DNA of 64,000 nucleotides, taken from the IMG/VR virus record IMGVR_UViG_3300032265_003789, positions 15,734-79,733 of that record. One strand, given 5' to 3'. Positions within the stretch are counted from its first letter, which is position 1. The number at the start of each line of letters is the position of its first letter. Shown here piece by piece: positions 9,503 through 20,638 of the stretch. The DNA is from a virus. The notes beneath the pieces were generated by a model, which saw only the letters and a list, made by a program, of their open reading frames with translations, ran no database searches and was not told the DNA's origin. The translations under genes and the position numbers were made by a program.

Positions 9503-10279
9503 TTAAGTGATCCTCACATAGAATCCTTGAGTTGCCGCAGTAGGCGAAATATATTTCCACACCTGCGATCCACTAGTATAGGTATCGTTAAAACTTGCAC
9601 TAGCAACCCTAAATCCAATATCGGTAGAGCTTAATCCCAATCCCTGAATTGAAAGTGGATAAGCAATTACTGGAGTAGTATTATATACGGGCAACGATGC
9701 ACTACCTAAAGAATAAGTGTATTGAGCATTGCCAGTTGCCCCTTGGCTGTTTCTAGTAGTTGGCGTAATCGTGCCATTATTGAGAATTGCTTGAATTGAG
9801 GGCATTGTATTTTCAGATTGAAAAGCGTTGTTGCTGGTAGTGGCAATATAACCCAAAGCCAATACACTTGTAAAAGCAGGATTGTATAAAGTAATTATTC
9901 CGTAACTTGTATTGTCAGTATAAGTACTATAGGATATTGTTGATCCCGGGACCCAATTTAAGTTTGAGGCAATTGTTCCAGAATTAGTCCCTGAACTAGT
10001 GCCTGTATTCCAAGTTTCGGAAATTGAAATATTGGCAAACCGTTGATAACCATCAATTTGAGTTGTATTGATAGACAAATAAACTGTATTATACGATCCA
10101 CTCCCAATTGGATTTGTAATAGCGTACACAAGTAAATTTGGACTGCTGCTTTGATAAAGCGTAATATTTGTATTGGTGGCAGTGATTGCAGCAAAAGCCG
10201 CGGCAATTGCATTAAACGTATTTAGGGATGTAGTTCCAGTTGTGTAGTAGCTGTTTACTGTTGATGTAACTGCTGGCAT
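9503..10279 (-). CDS. Thr/Ser/Asn-rich virion structural protein
   Basis: Beta-rich composition; coupled operon. Confidence 0.55.
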   Translation of the reverse strand: MPAVTSTVNSYYTTGTTSLNTFNAIAAAFAAITATNTNITLYQSSSPNLLVYAITNPIGSGSYNTVYLSINTTQIDGYQRFANISISETWNTGTSSGTNSGTIASNLNWVPGSTISYSTYTDNTSYGIITLYNPAFTSVLALGYIATTSNNAFQSENTMPSIQAILNNGTITPTTRNSQGATGNAQYTYSLGSASLPVYNTTPVIAYPLSIQGLGLSSTDIGFRVASASFNDTYTSGSQVWKYISPTAATQGFYVRIT

Positions 10280-10677
10280 TAGTTCTCCAATGAGTCAATA
10301 TATGTGATCGTGATAGTTATTGTACCAGTGGCGCCATTATTGGTGATTGTGATTGGATAGCTAGTGGAAGCTGGGGTTTCTGCGTTTATCGGAAAAGGCA
10401 CAGGATTAAAAATTACAAAAGTTTTGTTTATCTCAAAAATTACTCCAGTTCCGCTAGTAGCAAGAGTGCCAAGCGCTCTAGTACTATCGGCGCTTTGAGA
10501 TGCTGTATTGTTGTAGAGCCTGACTCGGCATGTCGTAGAACAGCTAATTGAAAATAATGCGCAGGATTTGGGTAGGGTGATTGTGCCAGAGAATGTGGAC
10601 CCTGCCGTGATTGACTGGCTAATGGAGCTAGTTTTTTTGACAATTTCAATTTGTTTGGCTTGAATTAGTTTGACCAT
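10279..10677 (-). CDS. Virion structural protein
   Basis: RVRLY..AD..R..GT..GTGVIFE motif seen in tail-fibre C-terminal domains. Confidence 0.5.
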   Translation of the reverse strand: MVKLIQAKQIEIVKKTSSISQSITAGSTFSGTITLPKSCALFSISCSTTCRVRLYNNTASQSADSTRALGTLATSGTGVIFEINKTFVIFNPVPFPINAETPASTSYPITITNNGATGTITITITYIDSLEN

Positions 10678-10679
10678 TA

Positions 10680-11387
10680 TTAAGGATTGTATTCATAATT
10701 TGCGGTCACTGTATCGGTTGTTGTGATATTAAACCCGTTATTGGGGTTGATTGTGACTGCTTTATTGGTCACAGAAAATAGTGGAGCTGTATCAGTAGTT
10801 TGATAGGGAACTGTATTAACCCTAAATGTTACGCCATACAAGGGAGTATAGGTTAATTGCTGTGAGATTGTATTAGTAGAAGCCACTGTGAGTACTTCTC
10901 TAATTGTGCGCACTTCCTTGACTACAGAGCTATCTAGTTCAACTACACCAACTCTGGTGAGCGCATCTGGAGGAAAAGTTGCTAGGCTAAAAACATAAAT
11001 TATGTTTGTACCAATAGAAGTAGCAGAAGCAAAAGAATAAGCGGTTTCAGTACCAGAAACCAAGCTGTAAAAACTTAAAGTCCAAACGGGGCTAGAATAA
11101 GTTAATTTTCCGTAGACAAAATTACCAACTGAGTCTTTAAATTCGGATTTATCAGTCGCATCATAAATCTGTAATCTGGTAGATCCAGTTTGAATTCCCT
11201 GCCCTTCATCGTAGGTTGTAAATTCCCGATAAGTGACGCTAGTGCCTCCTTTCCCTGCGGTATTACAAGCAGTAGAAAGAGCGCTAGTGATATTAGCTGA
11301 ACTACCAGAAACACTTATCCCACTTAGGACAATATAAGCGTGAATAAAACCATCGAGTTGCTTGAGCGAAATTAAATTATTGGCCAT
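10680..11387 (-). CDS. Virion structural protein
   Basis: T/S-rich; N-terminal LISLKQL resembles LIQAKQI of the neighbouring gene. Confidence 0.5.
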   Translation of the reverse strand: MANNLISLKQLDGFIHAYIVLSGISVSGSSANITSALSTACNTAGKGGTSVTYREFTTYDEGQGIQTGSTRLQIYDATDKSEFKDSVGNFVYGKLTYSSPVWTLSFYSLVSGTETAYSFASATSIGTNIIYVFSLATFPPDALTRVGVVELDSSVVKEVRTIREVLTVASTNTISQQLTYTPLYGVTFRVNTVPYQTTDTAPLFSVTNKAVTINPNNGFNITTTDTVTANYEYNP

Positions 11388-11411
11388 AATATTTTACGTA
11401 TTTACTTAATT

Positions 11412-14120
11412 CTATACTACATTTAATTTTGGGCTATTGCCATCAGATACTCCCCAGCTATTAGGATTATCTATAGCCTGATAGATAAAGGGATAGCTGC
11501 CACCGGAGGTAAAGAATTGATCGTAAGTCGCTTGACAGAAAGCTGTATTACGAGAATCTAAGTTGGCATAATACCCTACGTTTGGCACATTGGAGCTGTA
11601 GCCAGATCCTCCCATATTGATTGTGTACGCATTTGCGCTGTTATTGGTAATATTCTGGTTAAAATCCCACCCTCCCTCGTAGCCTACTAAATCTCCTAAA
11701 TTGTATTTATTAATCAAGGTTTTATCTGCTGGCACAGTACCAATCCCAGTGGCTGCATTGAAAGCAGCAATTAATTGAGGATTGCCAGCCTCAGCAAACA
11801 TCGCGTTGACTGTTTGTATTCCTAAGCCAGTAAAATAAACAGCTTGAACCGAGGTATTAGTAAAGGTGACATTGTATTGATAATTGCTATTACCTGTATT
11901 AAAAGCTATAGTCCGGCAAAATTGCCAATCAGTGCGTTGTGGTGCGGTAGTACCGTTCCCTCCTTCAGAGAAAACTAACGGCTGACCATTATTAATAGCC
12001 GGCCCTCCATTTACTGGAGTAAGTGATACTGTTAAGCCAGCACCATAATCGCTTTGTGCTATTGCGGCAAGAAAAGTAATATCTGCCCAGCCACCGGTAA
12101 AAGTAATTGTCTGGGATACTTCCCCTCCTTGGTTTAATCGCAGGCAGTAATCCCCAGCGCTTGCACCTTGAATTTGCCCATCGCCTGATGCGGCTAGTCC
12201 AGTGATCGCCAAATCATAGGAAATGGTATTGCTAGTAACAGCAGTGATCGTCACAGCTCTAGGAGTTTTATTCCAAGTGTTAACAGGATCTAAATTACTA
12301 TATCCCTCTAGAGCCACATATTGCACTATGACCTGATCTCCTACTACAAAAGAGTGCGGTTTTACCGTGGCCAGAGTAACTGTATTACCAGATTGACTAG
12401 CGCCATTTAGTGCAATAAAAGCCACCTCTCCTGGAATATCAGGTTTAGCGGATTTTGATACAAGGCTAGTGCTACCGCTAGTCGTCCATCCAGTTGTGTT
12501 GCCGTTGAAATTATTATTAATGAATTCCACTTGGCTGTAGCCTCCAACTAGTACGTCAACATACCAACCACCGCCTCCGCCTGCAAAATAGTAGCGCACT
12601 GGATGAGCAGTGAAAGTGTCTTGTATGAACTTCAAACCTCGATCTGCTGTGGTACCACTATCGCCGTACTGCCATTCTAATATTGGCTTAATTTGGGCAG
12701 TAGGATTAGAAGCCTCTATCGCGGTTTCACCAAAAGTTGATTTAAAAATATCTGATATTTGCTTGAGCCTGAGCGCTACCCAGACCGGCCCAATTGACCA
12801 ACCAAAGCTCCCACCATCAACTTTACTAAACCAGCTTGGAGCAAACTTGGGATATAGTGGCGTGGTATTAGAAGTAAACGTACTTTGAGCAAAATTGTCC
12901 GCTAGATGATTAGCGGCGATAAAAGCGCTCATCGCCTGCCCATCTAAATAGCCTTGATTGCCACCGCCTGGGTAAATTGAATCGCTTTGTATATTGTGGA
13001 GAAAATCATAATAAGCTCTTTGAGAAAGCTGGTTAGCCCAGCCAATATCTTGGTTGAAACTACTGCAAAAAGCGCTGTTCCAAAGCTCATTCCCATACTC
13101 AATATAGAGCTTACTAGTGTTATTAAGTGGAGCCCACAGCGGGTTAGTTTGAGTTGAATTATATGGGTCAGTTCCATCGCTACCGTACTTGAAGAGATTA
13201 GCTAGTTTCTGGAGATAATCAAGGCTAATCAGTATAGGAATATTTATATATAAATCAGTGTGGGATTGATTGGCTAGCGCTATCAATACTTCCCAAGGAA
13301 TTTCAGTTTGTAAGCCAACAGTGTCGTTTTGAGTATAGATTGTTGTCGGGCCTTTACCTACTATTTGATTTAGCGTAGAGTTGTTGCCCCAGCTCCAGCA
13401 ATTTGGAGTAGTGCGATCACTCCAATCCGTGGTCAAATTGATATTAGTTGCCGCGCTATCCATGTGGCGAATTCCTGTTACCTTAGCGGCAATCCCTAGA
13501 GCTTTTTCGCTGAAGATTTGTCCTACAGGATGCGGACTGCCATCAGCTTTAGGCTGCATCAAATAGATATTTTGCACACCGCCAGTGGTTTGCAAAAAGG
13601 CTATATAAAAAGGGCCACCCGGATTATTAAAAGTGAACCTCGCGGTGGTTTTGTTAGTAGCAGGATCGTAACCTTGACCTATCAATAAAGTGTTAGCTGG
13701 ATTGCCAGAGAGATCAACCCCGGGCATTGACCAAGTGACGTTTTGATATCCAATAAATACTTGAGCTCTGCCAGTAAATTGCACTAAATAGGTGCCAGCT
13801 TTGCTGCTAGCAAAATAGATACTGGCATCAACTGTCGGATTGCCATTTACTATTTGATTGGCGCTTAGGGCTTGATTGTTGTTAGCCCCAGCGCCCCAAG
13901 GGTATGGCGTGATATTGATTAAATTGGCGTAAAGCTCAGGGCTTTTGGAAAAGTTGATGCCAAGCTTTCTTCTGTTGCTTGGTGGAGGTGTGGGGTTGTT
14001 ATTTTGCAGATTGGTTAGGGTAAAGATTCCCGTGACGTTTGTTTTTATTTTGATTAGGTCTTTGGGGTCTATCGAAAATTGATATTTTCCGGGAGTTGGT
14101 TGAGTGATTTTTACAGCCAT
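11412..14120 (-). CDS. Large carbohydrate-active/binding virion-associated protein (glycoside-hydrolase-like)
   Basis: RHMD..TN, IPWEVLIALAN..DLYINIP, LYIEYGNELWN and VGYEGG motifs of clan GH-A-like proteins; probable start MAVKIT at 14120. Confidence 0.6.
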   Translation of the reverse strand: MAVKITQPTPGKYQFSIDPKDLIKIKTNVTGIFTLTNLQNNNPTPPPSNRRKLGINFSKSPELYANLINITPYPWGAGANNNQALSANQIVNGNPTVDASIYFASSKAGTYLVQFTGRAQVFIGYQNVTWSMPGVDLSGNPANTLLIGQGYDPATNKTTARFTFNNPGGPFYIAFLQTTGGVQNIYLMQPKADGSPHPVGQIFSEKALGIAAKVTGIRHMDSAATNINLTTDWSDRTTPNCWSWGNNSTLNQIVGKGPTTIYTQNDTVGLQTEIPWEVLIALANQSHTDLYINIPILISLDYLQKLANLFKYGSDGTDPYNSTQTNPLWAPLNNTSKLYIEYGNELWNSAFCSSFNQDIGWANQLSQRAYYDFLHNIQSDSIYPGGGNQGYLDGQAMSAFIAANHLADNFAQSTFTSNTTPLYPKFAPSWFSKVDGGSFGWSIGPVWVALRLKQISDIFKSTFGETAIEASNPTAQIKPILEWQYGDSGTTADRGLKFIQDTFTAHPVRYYFAGGGGGWYVDVLVGGYSQVEFINNNFNGNTTGWTTSGSTSLVSKSAKPDIPGEVAFIALNGASQSGNTVTLATVKPHSFVVGDQVIVQYVALEGYSNLDPVNTWNKTPRAVTITAVTSNTISYDLAITGLAASGDGQIQGASAGDYCLRLNQGGEVSQTITFTGGWADITFLAAIAQSDYGAGLTVSLTPVNGGPAINNGQPLVFSEGGNGTTAPQRTDWQFCRTIAFNTGNSNYQYNVTFTNTSVQAVYFTGLGIQTVNAMFAEAGNPQLIAAFNAATGIGTVPADKTLINKYNLGDLVGYEGGWDFNQNITNNSANAYTINMGGSGYSSNVPNVGYYANLDSRNTAFCQATYDQFFTSGGSYPFIYQAIDNPNSWGVSDGNSPKLNVV

Positions 14121-14212
14121 AATAGTTACAATACATTTTGATATTTCTAGAATACCATTAGAGAAAAATGGCAATTTGATACTATTAGTAAGACACAATT
14201 AAAACAAACAAT

Positions 14213-17089
14213 ATGACTCAAAGTTTACTTTGGCGTTTTTCCTACGGGCAAGGCAGTAGCTCTAGCGATCCATATCCTCCACTAATTGGCGGTCAAGTTA
14301 CTTTTACGACTAACAATATACTAATTAGTTCGGCAGTTGATCAGCTTGTTTTATCCGTAGTGCAAGGCTCTGCTAACTTGGGCCCGCATCCAGAGCATCG
14401 CTCAATTACCTACAACGATTTAAGCCAAGTTGTTAGTATTACCGTTCCCTACATAACCTCCGGTAATTATCAATACAACTTTAACTACAACGCTGATAAC
14501 CGGATTGAATCAATCCATTATCAAGACCCCACAATCTCTTCTGCTATTGCGCTTTGGTCTTTTACTTACAGCTCAACAGGTAGAGTTCTCTCAATTCTCA
14601 ATGAGGGTTCAAGCTACTATAGCTATACCCCTGGTACTTTTTACGATACTGACTCAAGCTACGTTCCTTCTTACCAGATACTTGCAGCCACAGGTACAGT
14701 TGAGGGGTATAGCGTAAATCTGCCTGCGACTTTCTGGGAAACGCTTGAAAATGGGCAGTCACAAATCCTAGGTAATATTCCCCAATCTGGCTTACCAAAC
14801 TTTCCCTATTGGCAGGGCAACTCTTTTGAAAACTCCAACTTAAATCGGCTTTACCCTAATACGCCTCCAGTTTATTTCGCTGGCGGTACTACAGTAGCAG
14901 GGACAGTAATCCTATTAGATAAAGGAGACGGCAAACCGCATCCTGTGGGTTTGGGTTATCAAACAGGATATCTGCCTACTGGAGAGCCAACTAAATATCT
15001 ATATTTGCTATTTGGAGATTATGCCAACAACTACTCCTACAACGGGCAAAGTTGGGATGGCGTTGTTGTAAATAGAATCAACTTTACTGACAATTTCAAT
15101 CTCACTTTACAGACCAATCAATATTTTAATCCTAGGATTTTCCCCCTGATAGAATCCACTGGCATTAATACTACTATCAGCTTTTCTAATACTATTTTGA
15201 TTAACAGCTCTGGCGCTGAACAAAGGCTGATCAAATGGCAAGATCCGCTAAGGTCTTTCAACCTCACTAGAAAGATATTAAGCTTAGCTGAACTGCTTAC
15301 AATACTGGAATTTTTCAAGACTAAATTAGGCTCTGACCTTGAATTTCTCTATCAAGATAGGAGCGATTATATAGCCAGTAATGGACAAGGCATATTGTAT
15401 CCTTTGCCCGACGGCAACAGGACTGAATTTCAATTGTGCAAGCTGTATGTCGCTGGAGATTGCGCTCATTTTAGGGCGATCTCCAGACCTGAGACGGTGG
15501 TTTCTGTGCCAGGCTACAACGTAGCTGATTGTGTGATTGATTACAATACCGGAAAGATTGTCCTGCCTAGCGCTCCTGCCGCCTCAACTAACTATTTCGC
15601 GGTGGATTTCCGCTTCTATGTTCCAGTGATTTTTGATGGGGATGAACTGGACTATACGATTGCCGGCCCAGAGGTTTATCAAATCAATAAGCTAATACTA
15701 AAAGAGATTAAGGTAATTCCTTTTATTTACCCCAGAGATAGCTTGGTAGATAGCTCAAATTCTGGGCAAAATAAAGTAGTATTTCCCAATAATTTAAACT
15801 TCATTGCTAATAATCAAATTGCCACAAATTACGATACAGAAATTGTCACTCTCAGCAGCGGTTACAATAAGCGCACTCCCAGAATCAGCCAGAGCTGGAC
15901 AAAAACCACACTAGCTCAAAGGAGCACTTTTAGCCAATTACAATTAGAAACCCTGCTAGGATTCTGGCTTGCACATAAAGGCAATGGCGCGTACTTTTAC
16001 TACAACAATTTTGGTGATTCCAATAATCAATATTTGGCTAGATTTTGGTCACAAGATTTGAATTATGTCCTGCAATCTACCAATAATATCTATCAAGTTG
16101 CTCCAGTGGAATTGCGCGTTTTCACCTTTGGAAATCCGATTAAAGATGCGCCAATTCAACAGCCAACAGATATTCTCAGCACTCCACTGTTGACCCTAGC
16201 AAGGGTCTGTAATATCACTGTTCCCTTAATCGGAACAACTGAAGTACATGGCTTTACTACTTCAGATCGTGATATCACAATTGATGGCGTGGTATACAAG
16301 GCCTCTACTGCTTTTGACCCCAGCGCTGTACAAAAGACTGTGGATATTTCGGTAGACAATCAAGAGATTAAAACCATTATTCACAGCGAGATAACAGAAG
16401 CAGAGCTTGCCTCTGGCAAGTTTGATGAGGCGACTATCACTGTGGCAGTTGTGGACTACACTAACCCACCGGTTCACTTGAGTGATTGCGTGATTGAACA
16501 AGAAGGATTTGTAGGAGAGATCACCTCCACAGATACCTATTTCAAGATGGAAAATTTAACCAAAGCTGCCAGCTTGCTTAGAAAAAACGTCTCAGTCAAA
16601 ACGCAATTCTCATGCAGATATAATTTTTGTGATGTGCCGGCAAGACCCGATAGCCATTGCACTTTGAATATTAATAATTTTCAATGGGACGCGCAAGTAA
16701 TCCAAGGGGTAAGCGGTTTTAATAACAGGCGCCAATTTTTTATTCATTGCGATACAGCAATTACTACTCACGTCCTATCCTATGGCTCAATTTACTTTTA
16801 TAGCGGGGCAAATATTGGGTTAGAATATGGTATTTTTGATAACTATTATGATGTTGGTTTTATTGGTTCACAAACTCAGAGTGGGTTGTTAATTCTAGTA
16901 GTAAATAACGCGCTATTTTATGACCCGGCTGTAGGTGATACGATAAGGCTTAGAGGCGGTTGTAATAAGCGATTTGAAACTTGTAAAAACCTATACAATA
17001 ACTATATTAATTTTGGCGGTGAACCTGCCCAAGGGCGCTTTATGCCCACCAATGATTTTTATAATTCATCTACTGCTTCAATGGGGTAA
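14213..17089 (+). CDS. Fused baseplate protein: DUF2460 (Dit)-like x2 plus DUF2163/BR0599 hub
   Basis: SGAEQR..W, FQLCKLY, FYVPVIFD; second SGYNKR repeat; GFTTSDRDITIDG and GCNKRFETC..NFGGEP. Confidence 0.8.
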   Translation: MTQSLLWRFSYGQGSSSSDPYPPLIGGQVTFTTNNILISSAVDQLVLSVVQGSANLGPHPEHRSITYNDLSQVVSITVPYITSGNYQYNFNYNADNRIESIHYQDPTISSAIALWSFTYSSTGRVLSILNEGSSYYSYTPGTFYDTDSSYVPSYQILAATGTVEGYSVNLPATFWETLENGQSQILGNIPQSGLPNFPYWQGNSFENSNLNRLYPNTPPVYFAGGTTVAGTVILLDKGDGKPHPVGLGYQTGYLPTGEPTKYLYLLFGDYANNYSYNGQSWDGVVVNRINFTDNFNLTLQTNQYFNPRIFPLIESTGINTTISFSNTILINSSGAEQRLIKWQDPLRSFNLTRKILSLAELLTILEFFKTKLGSDLEFLYQDRSDYIASNGQGILYPLPDGNRTEFQLCKLYVAGDCAHFRAISRPETVVSVPGYNVADCVIDYNTGKIVLPSAPAASTNYFAVDFRFYVPVIFDGDELDYTIAGPEVYQINKLILKEIKVIPFIYPRDSLVDSSNSGQNKVVFPNNLNFIANNQIATNYDTEIVTLSSGYNKRTPRISQSWTKTTLAQRSTFSQLQLETLLGFWLAHKGNGAYFYYNNFGDSNNQYLARFWSQDLNYVLQSTNNIYQVAPVELRVFTFGNPIKDAPIQQPTDILSTPLLTLARVCNITVPLIGTTEVHGFTTSDRDITIDGVVYKASTAFDPSAVQKTVDISVDNQEIKTIIHSEITEAELASGKFDEATITVAVVDYTNPPVHLSDCVIEQEGFVGEITSTDTYFKMENLTKAASLLRKNVSVKTQFSCRYNFCDVPARPDSHCTLNINNFQWDAQVIQGVSGFNNRRQFFIHCDTAITTHVLSYGSIYFYSGANIGLEYGIFDNYYDVGFIGSQTQSGLLILVVNNALFYDPAVGDTIRLRGGCNKRFETCKNLYNNYINFGGEPAQGRFMPTNDFYNSSTASMG

Positions 17090-17091
17090 CT

Positions 17092-17502
17092 ATGGCTTTA
17101 TCTATTAGTGAAATAGCCAAACAGTGGCAAGGTACACCATGGAGACATAATCAATCCGTCAAGGGCGTTGGTTGCGATTGTGTGGGCTTTTTATTGGGAG
17201 TAGGCAAAGAATACGGAGTGGTTTCTCAAGATTATCAATTAGGTAATTATCACAGAATTCCTAGGTTTAATCAGATTGCTCAAACGCTTGATTCTTTGGC
17301 TCAATTTGTGCCAGTAGAGCAATACCAACCCGAAGATATTTTGCTATTTAAAATGGGTAATATTGCCGGGCACGTAGGCTTAGCGCTTGAGAATGAAATG
17401 CTTATCCATGCGGATTTAGAATGCGGTGTCCAGATAATACCAAATACTTTTTGGGTTCCTAAAATATACAAAATTTATAGAATATGTCAACAGCAATTGT
17501 AA
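17092..17502 (+). CDS. NlpC/P60 tail-associated peptidase
   Basis: WQGTPWRH..GVGCDCVG..HVG..LIHA. Confidence 0.9.
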   Translation: MALSISEIAKQWQGTPWRHNQSVKGVGCDCVGFLLGVGKEYGVVSQDYQLGNYHRIPRFNQIAQTLDSLAQFVPVEQYQPEDILLFKMGNIAGHVGLALENEMLIHADLECGVQIIPNTFWVPKIYKIYRICQQQL

Positions 17503-20300
17503 TCCCAGTTGTTACTTCTTTGGTAGGTAATTTAATAGCTAATTTACTAACTCCAATTCAAAATAAAAACAAGCTCGACCCATTGGCTTTGAGGGCTACC
17601 GCTGAATATGGGGCGCCAATTTCCCAAGCATATGGACACGTCCGAATTGACGGACTTTCTATGTTTTGGGGGCAAAATTTAATCCAAACAATAAATGGCG
17701 GTGGCAAGGGCTTTGGCGCTAGGACAAGGGATTACAAATACTATATGACCTGCGCTTATATGATCGGTGGAGAAATTAGCGATCTCAGGTGCGTTTGGTG
17801 TAATGGCGTACAAATCTACAGCAAAGAGACTGTTCAGAAAAAATCAGCTAATTTTGTCCGACATAGTGAGGTTTTTCTAGGGACTCTAAATCAGCCCATT
17901 TCCTCTGTAATTTCCTCTGTTGAGGGTAACGCGATCCCAGCTTTTAGAGGTAGATCCTACATTACTTTTAACCGTTATCCGCTTTCGGATTTTAATGGTT
18001 CTGGCTTTCCCAAGGTGGATGTACTTGTCTACGGCAAGGGAGGAGTCAATCCCACAATTAGGTCAATAATCCAAGATATCTTTACTAGTGCGGGATTTGA
18101 TACAAACAAGCTAGATTTATCAGATGTGCCAGCGGGTCAGCAGATTGAGGGATTGCTTTTTCAGCGCACAGGCGAAACCTACGCTGATTATTTAAACGAG
18201 ATTTGTAGATTATTTTTCTTGACTCACAGGGAGGAAAATGGCGTTTTAAAACTGCTCCAGAAAAACAGACCATCTGTATCGCTCAACCTAGCTTTAAATA
18301 ATCTGGGCGCTCGCAATACCCCCGGCAAATCTCCAGACCTGTTCCAAGAGAAAATTCAACACAAGCGCGAGATGCCCTCCGAGGTGCAAATCAGCTTTAG
18401 AAACCTTGGGGATAACTATAGCCAGTGGGTTGTCACAGCAAGCGATCCTCTGGCTAAATCTAAAAATCCACTCTCGATACAGACTAGGGCTTGGGCAAAT
18501 CCCACCTTTATGGAGGGACTGGCAAATCGGATTATTGGCGAGGTAGCCTCACAGCGCAATACTTTTAGCGGGATAAGCCTGCTGCCCTGCTGGTATACCA
18601 AATTGCATTTAGGCGATGTCATCGAGCTCAACATAGGGCAAAGATCAGTGCAATTACAGCTTACTAAAAAGCTACTGAGCGCTGATTATCTTTGCCAGAT
18701 TGAAGGCAATCAATATCTAAGTCCTATTGAGTGTGTTACTAAAAAAATCCATGTGTGGATCGCGGTTAGAAATATTAGTTGGATTTTTGCACAATCGGGA
18801 TCAAATGGCGTGGCGTTTCCTCCAGGCGGTTTGGTTTTTTACACGCGAACAGTTGAGCCATTTGTGGGGTATGTTGATAATTTGCGAATAATTAATCAAG
18901 CAGTTCAACGAGGCGACGGGGTTGCTCGTCTTGTAATTGCTCCCGGTGGGGTTGGGTTTTCAGAAAATCCGTTGGCTTTCCCTGGAGTACCAGATATACC
19001 AGAATTTCAAAATTCTGGCCCTGTGCCTATATATGGTCTTGACGGGTTTATAGGCGATCCCACAATCTATATTGATTATCCAGATGCTGCGATGCCAACT
19101 TCTTTAGGCGGTAGCTGGGGCTACAGTTCTCCAGCTTTTGATTGGGATCGTGGGGTGATTGTTGCCACATCACAAATAAGCGATACCGTTGCATCGGGAA
19201 GTAATGCTTCTGACACAACGGTTTATGATTTCGGAAACGACAATAACTTTTACGCCATCTCACAAGTCGTTTCCAACTACACTCCCCAAGTTGCCAAGCC
19301 ATATTCTAGAGTCAGCTCTTACACTGAGGGCATTTTGCATGTATTGGATATCCCTGTATTGAAAAATTCAGATAATCCTCTAGGGATATATTTTGCGGTT
19401 GAGAGCGTTTCCAATTTCTCCACAGGCACAGTATTTGTCTCTACCGACAATGGGCTAACCTTCAATGGTTCAAGCACGGTCAAGGGCGCAAGCGCAGTCG
19501 GTATAGTCTACAGCTCCCCAATGCAAGCTGGCCCCACTGGAATAATTGACACTAATACAAAAATTGATATTTACGCTCAAAATTCTATATTTGAATCAGT
19601 CACAGATGCTGCGTTTCTAGCAGGGGAAAATTTAATTTTAATTGGGCAAGAGATTATAGCCTTTAGAGATGTGCTGGTTAAACCAAATAATGTTTATCAA
19701 ATCTCCCATTTAATCAGAGGGGCAAAAGGCACAGAAAGATTAACAGGAACTCACGTTTCAGGAGAGAGCGCCATACTTTTAAATAACGTTACGCAATTGG
19801 CAACCAAACAGGGAGATATTGGTAAAAACGTAGAGTTTAAAATTGTGCCTTATGACCAGACTGAACCAGATATTACAGATATTGTGACAGTCAACTACAA
19901 GGCTCAATCTGCCACGCCATACAACGTTACAGGCGTCAAGCAATCCCTAGCAGACAATGGCGATGTGAGTCTGTCTTGGTATAGGAGAACATATCAAAAT
20001 GGAGAGCTATTGGATTATGTTGATATTGGGTTTGCTTCTGGGGAAATCAATACTTTCAAGATTGAAATTTGGCAAGCTTTTAACAATAATCCAGTTTTAG
20101 TTAACACTCATTTTGCCAGTGGCAGTATTTTTTTATACACACAAGATCTGCAAAATATTGACGATAATCTGGCTAATAATCTCTATGGTGGCAATGGCGG
20201 TAGTAAGTGGTTTAGGATATCGCAGCAAAGCTCAATAGTAGGCTACGGCCCATATACGCAAGTGCCAATTATGAATATTTATTCAGGAACAATTTACTAA
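17484..20300 (+). CDS. Tail tip/host-specificity protein (GTA gp15 megatron / Phage-tail_3-like)
   Basis: YGAPI..YGHVR, PAFRGRSYI, LIGQEIIAFR..LIRGAKGTE, LSWYRR. Confidence 0.8.
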   Translation: MSTAIVIPVVTSLVGNLIANLLTPIQNKNKLDPLALRATAEYGAPISQAYGHVRIDGLSMFWGQNLIQTINGGGKGFGARTRDYKYYMTCAYMIGGEISDLRCVWCNGVQIYSKETVQKKSANFVRHSEVFLGTLNQPISSVISSVEGNAIPAFRGRSYITFNRYPLSDFNGSGFPKVDVLVYGKGGVNPTIRSIIQDIFTSAGFDTNKLDLSDVPAGQQIEGLLFQRTGETYADYLNEICRLFFLTHREENGVLKLLQKNRPSVSLNLALNNLGARNTPGKSPDLFQEKIQHKREMPSEVQISFRNLGDNYSQWVVTASDPLAKSKNPLSIQTRAWANPTFMEGLANRIIGEVASQRNTFSGISLLPCWYTKLHLGDVIELNIGQRSVQLQLTKKLLSADYLCQIEGNQYLSPIECVTKKIHVWIAVRNISWIFAQSGSNGVAFPPGGLVFYTRTVEPFVGYVDNLRIINQAVQRGDGVARLVIAPGGVGFSENPLAFPGVPDIPEFQNSGPVPIYGLDGFIGDPTIYIDYPDAAMPTSLGGSWGYSSPAFDWDRGVIVATSQISDTVASGSNASDTTVYDFGNDNNFYAISQVVSNYTPQVAKPYSRVSSYTEGILHVLDIPVLKNSDNPLGIYFAVESVSNFSTGTVFVSTDNGLTFNGSSTVKGASAVGIVYSSPMQAGPTGIIDTNTKIDIYAQNSIFESVTDAAFLAGENLILIGQEIIAFRDVLVKPNNVYQISHLIRGAKGTERLTGTHVSGESAILLNNVTQLATKQGDIGKNVEFKIVPYDQTEPDITDIVTVNYKAQSATPYNVTGVKQSLADNGDVSLSWYRRTYQNGELLDYVDIGFASGEINTFKIEIWQAFNNNPVLVNTHFASGSIFLYTQDLQNIDDNLANNLYGGNGGSKWFRISQQSSIVGYGPYTQVPIMNIYSGTIY

Positions 20301-20623
20301 TGCCCAGCTCCCACTTAGAGGATTATTTTGAGCGCAGTTGGCAAGAGCTCTATCCAGAGATTGCCCTAGAGCGCGAGGTCAAGTCAATCCCCGGCAGAAG
20401 ATTTAGACTTGATTTTGCCCACACCGCATCCAAAGTAGGGATAGAGATTGAAGGGCAAATCTGGCACAAATCGAGGCACACTAGCGGCTCTGGCTTGCTC
20501 AAATCCTACGAGAAACACAACCTCAATTTAGTTCACGGCTGGAGAGTTTTTCAATTGGCAGAGGATATGATCTGCCCAGATTGGCTCAATTTGATTGCTG
20601 ATACAATTAAAGGCGCAGATTGA
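20300..20623 (+). CDS. Vsr/DUF559-like PD-(D/E)XK endonuclease
   Basis: RRFRLDFAH..GIEIEG..RH..EKHN..GWRVF. Confidence 0.8.
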   Translation: MPSSHLEDYFERSWQELYPEIALEREVKSIPGRRFRLDFAHTASKVGIEIEGQIWHKSRHTSGSGLLKSYEKHNLNLVHGWRVFQLAEDMICPDWLNLIADTIKGAD

Positions 20624-20638
20624 AACCCTTACCTAGTA

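Noticed and set aside
6581-20300. Diversity-generating retroelement acting on tail fibres
   Set aside because: No RT gene and no adenine-specific TR/VR pair noticed.
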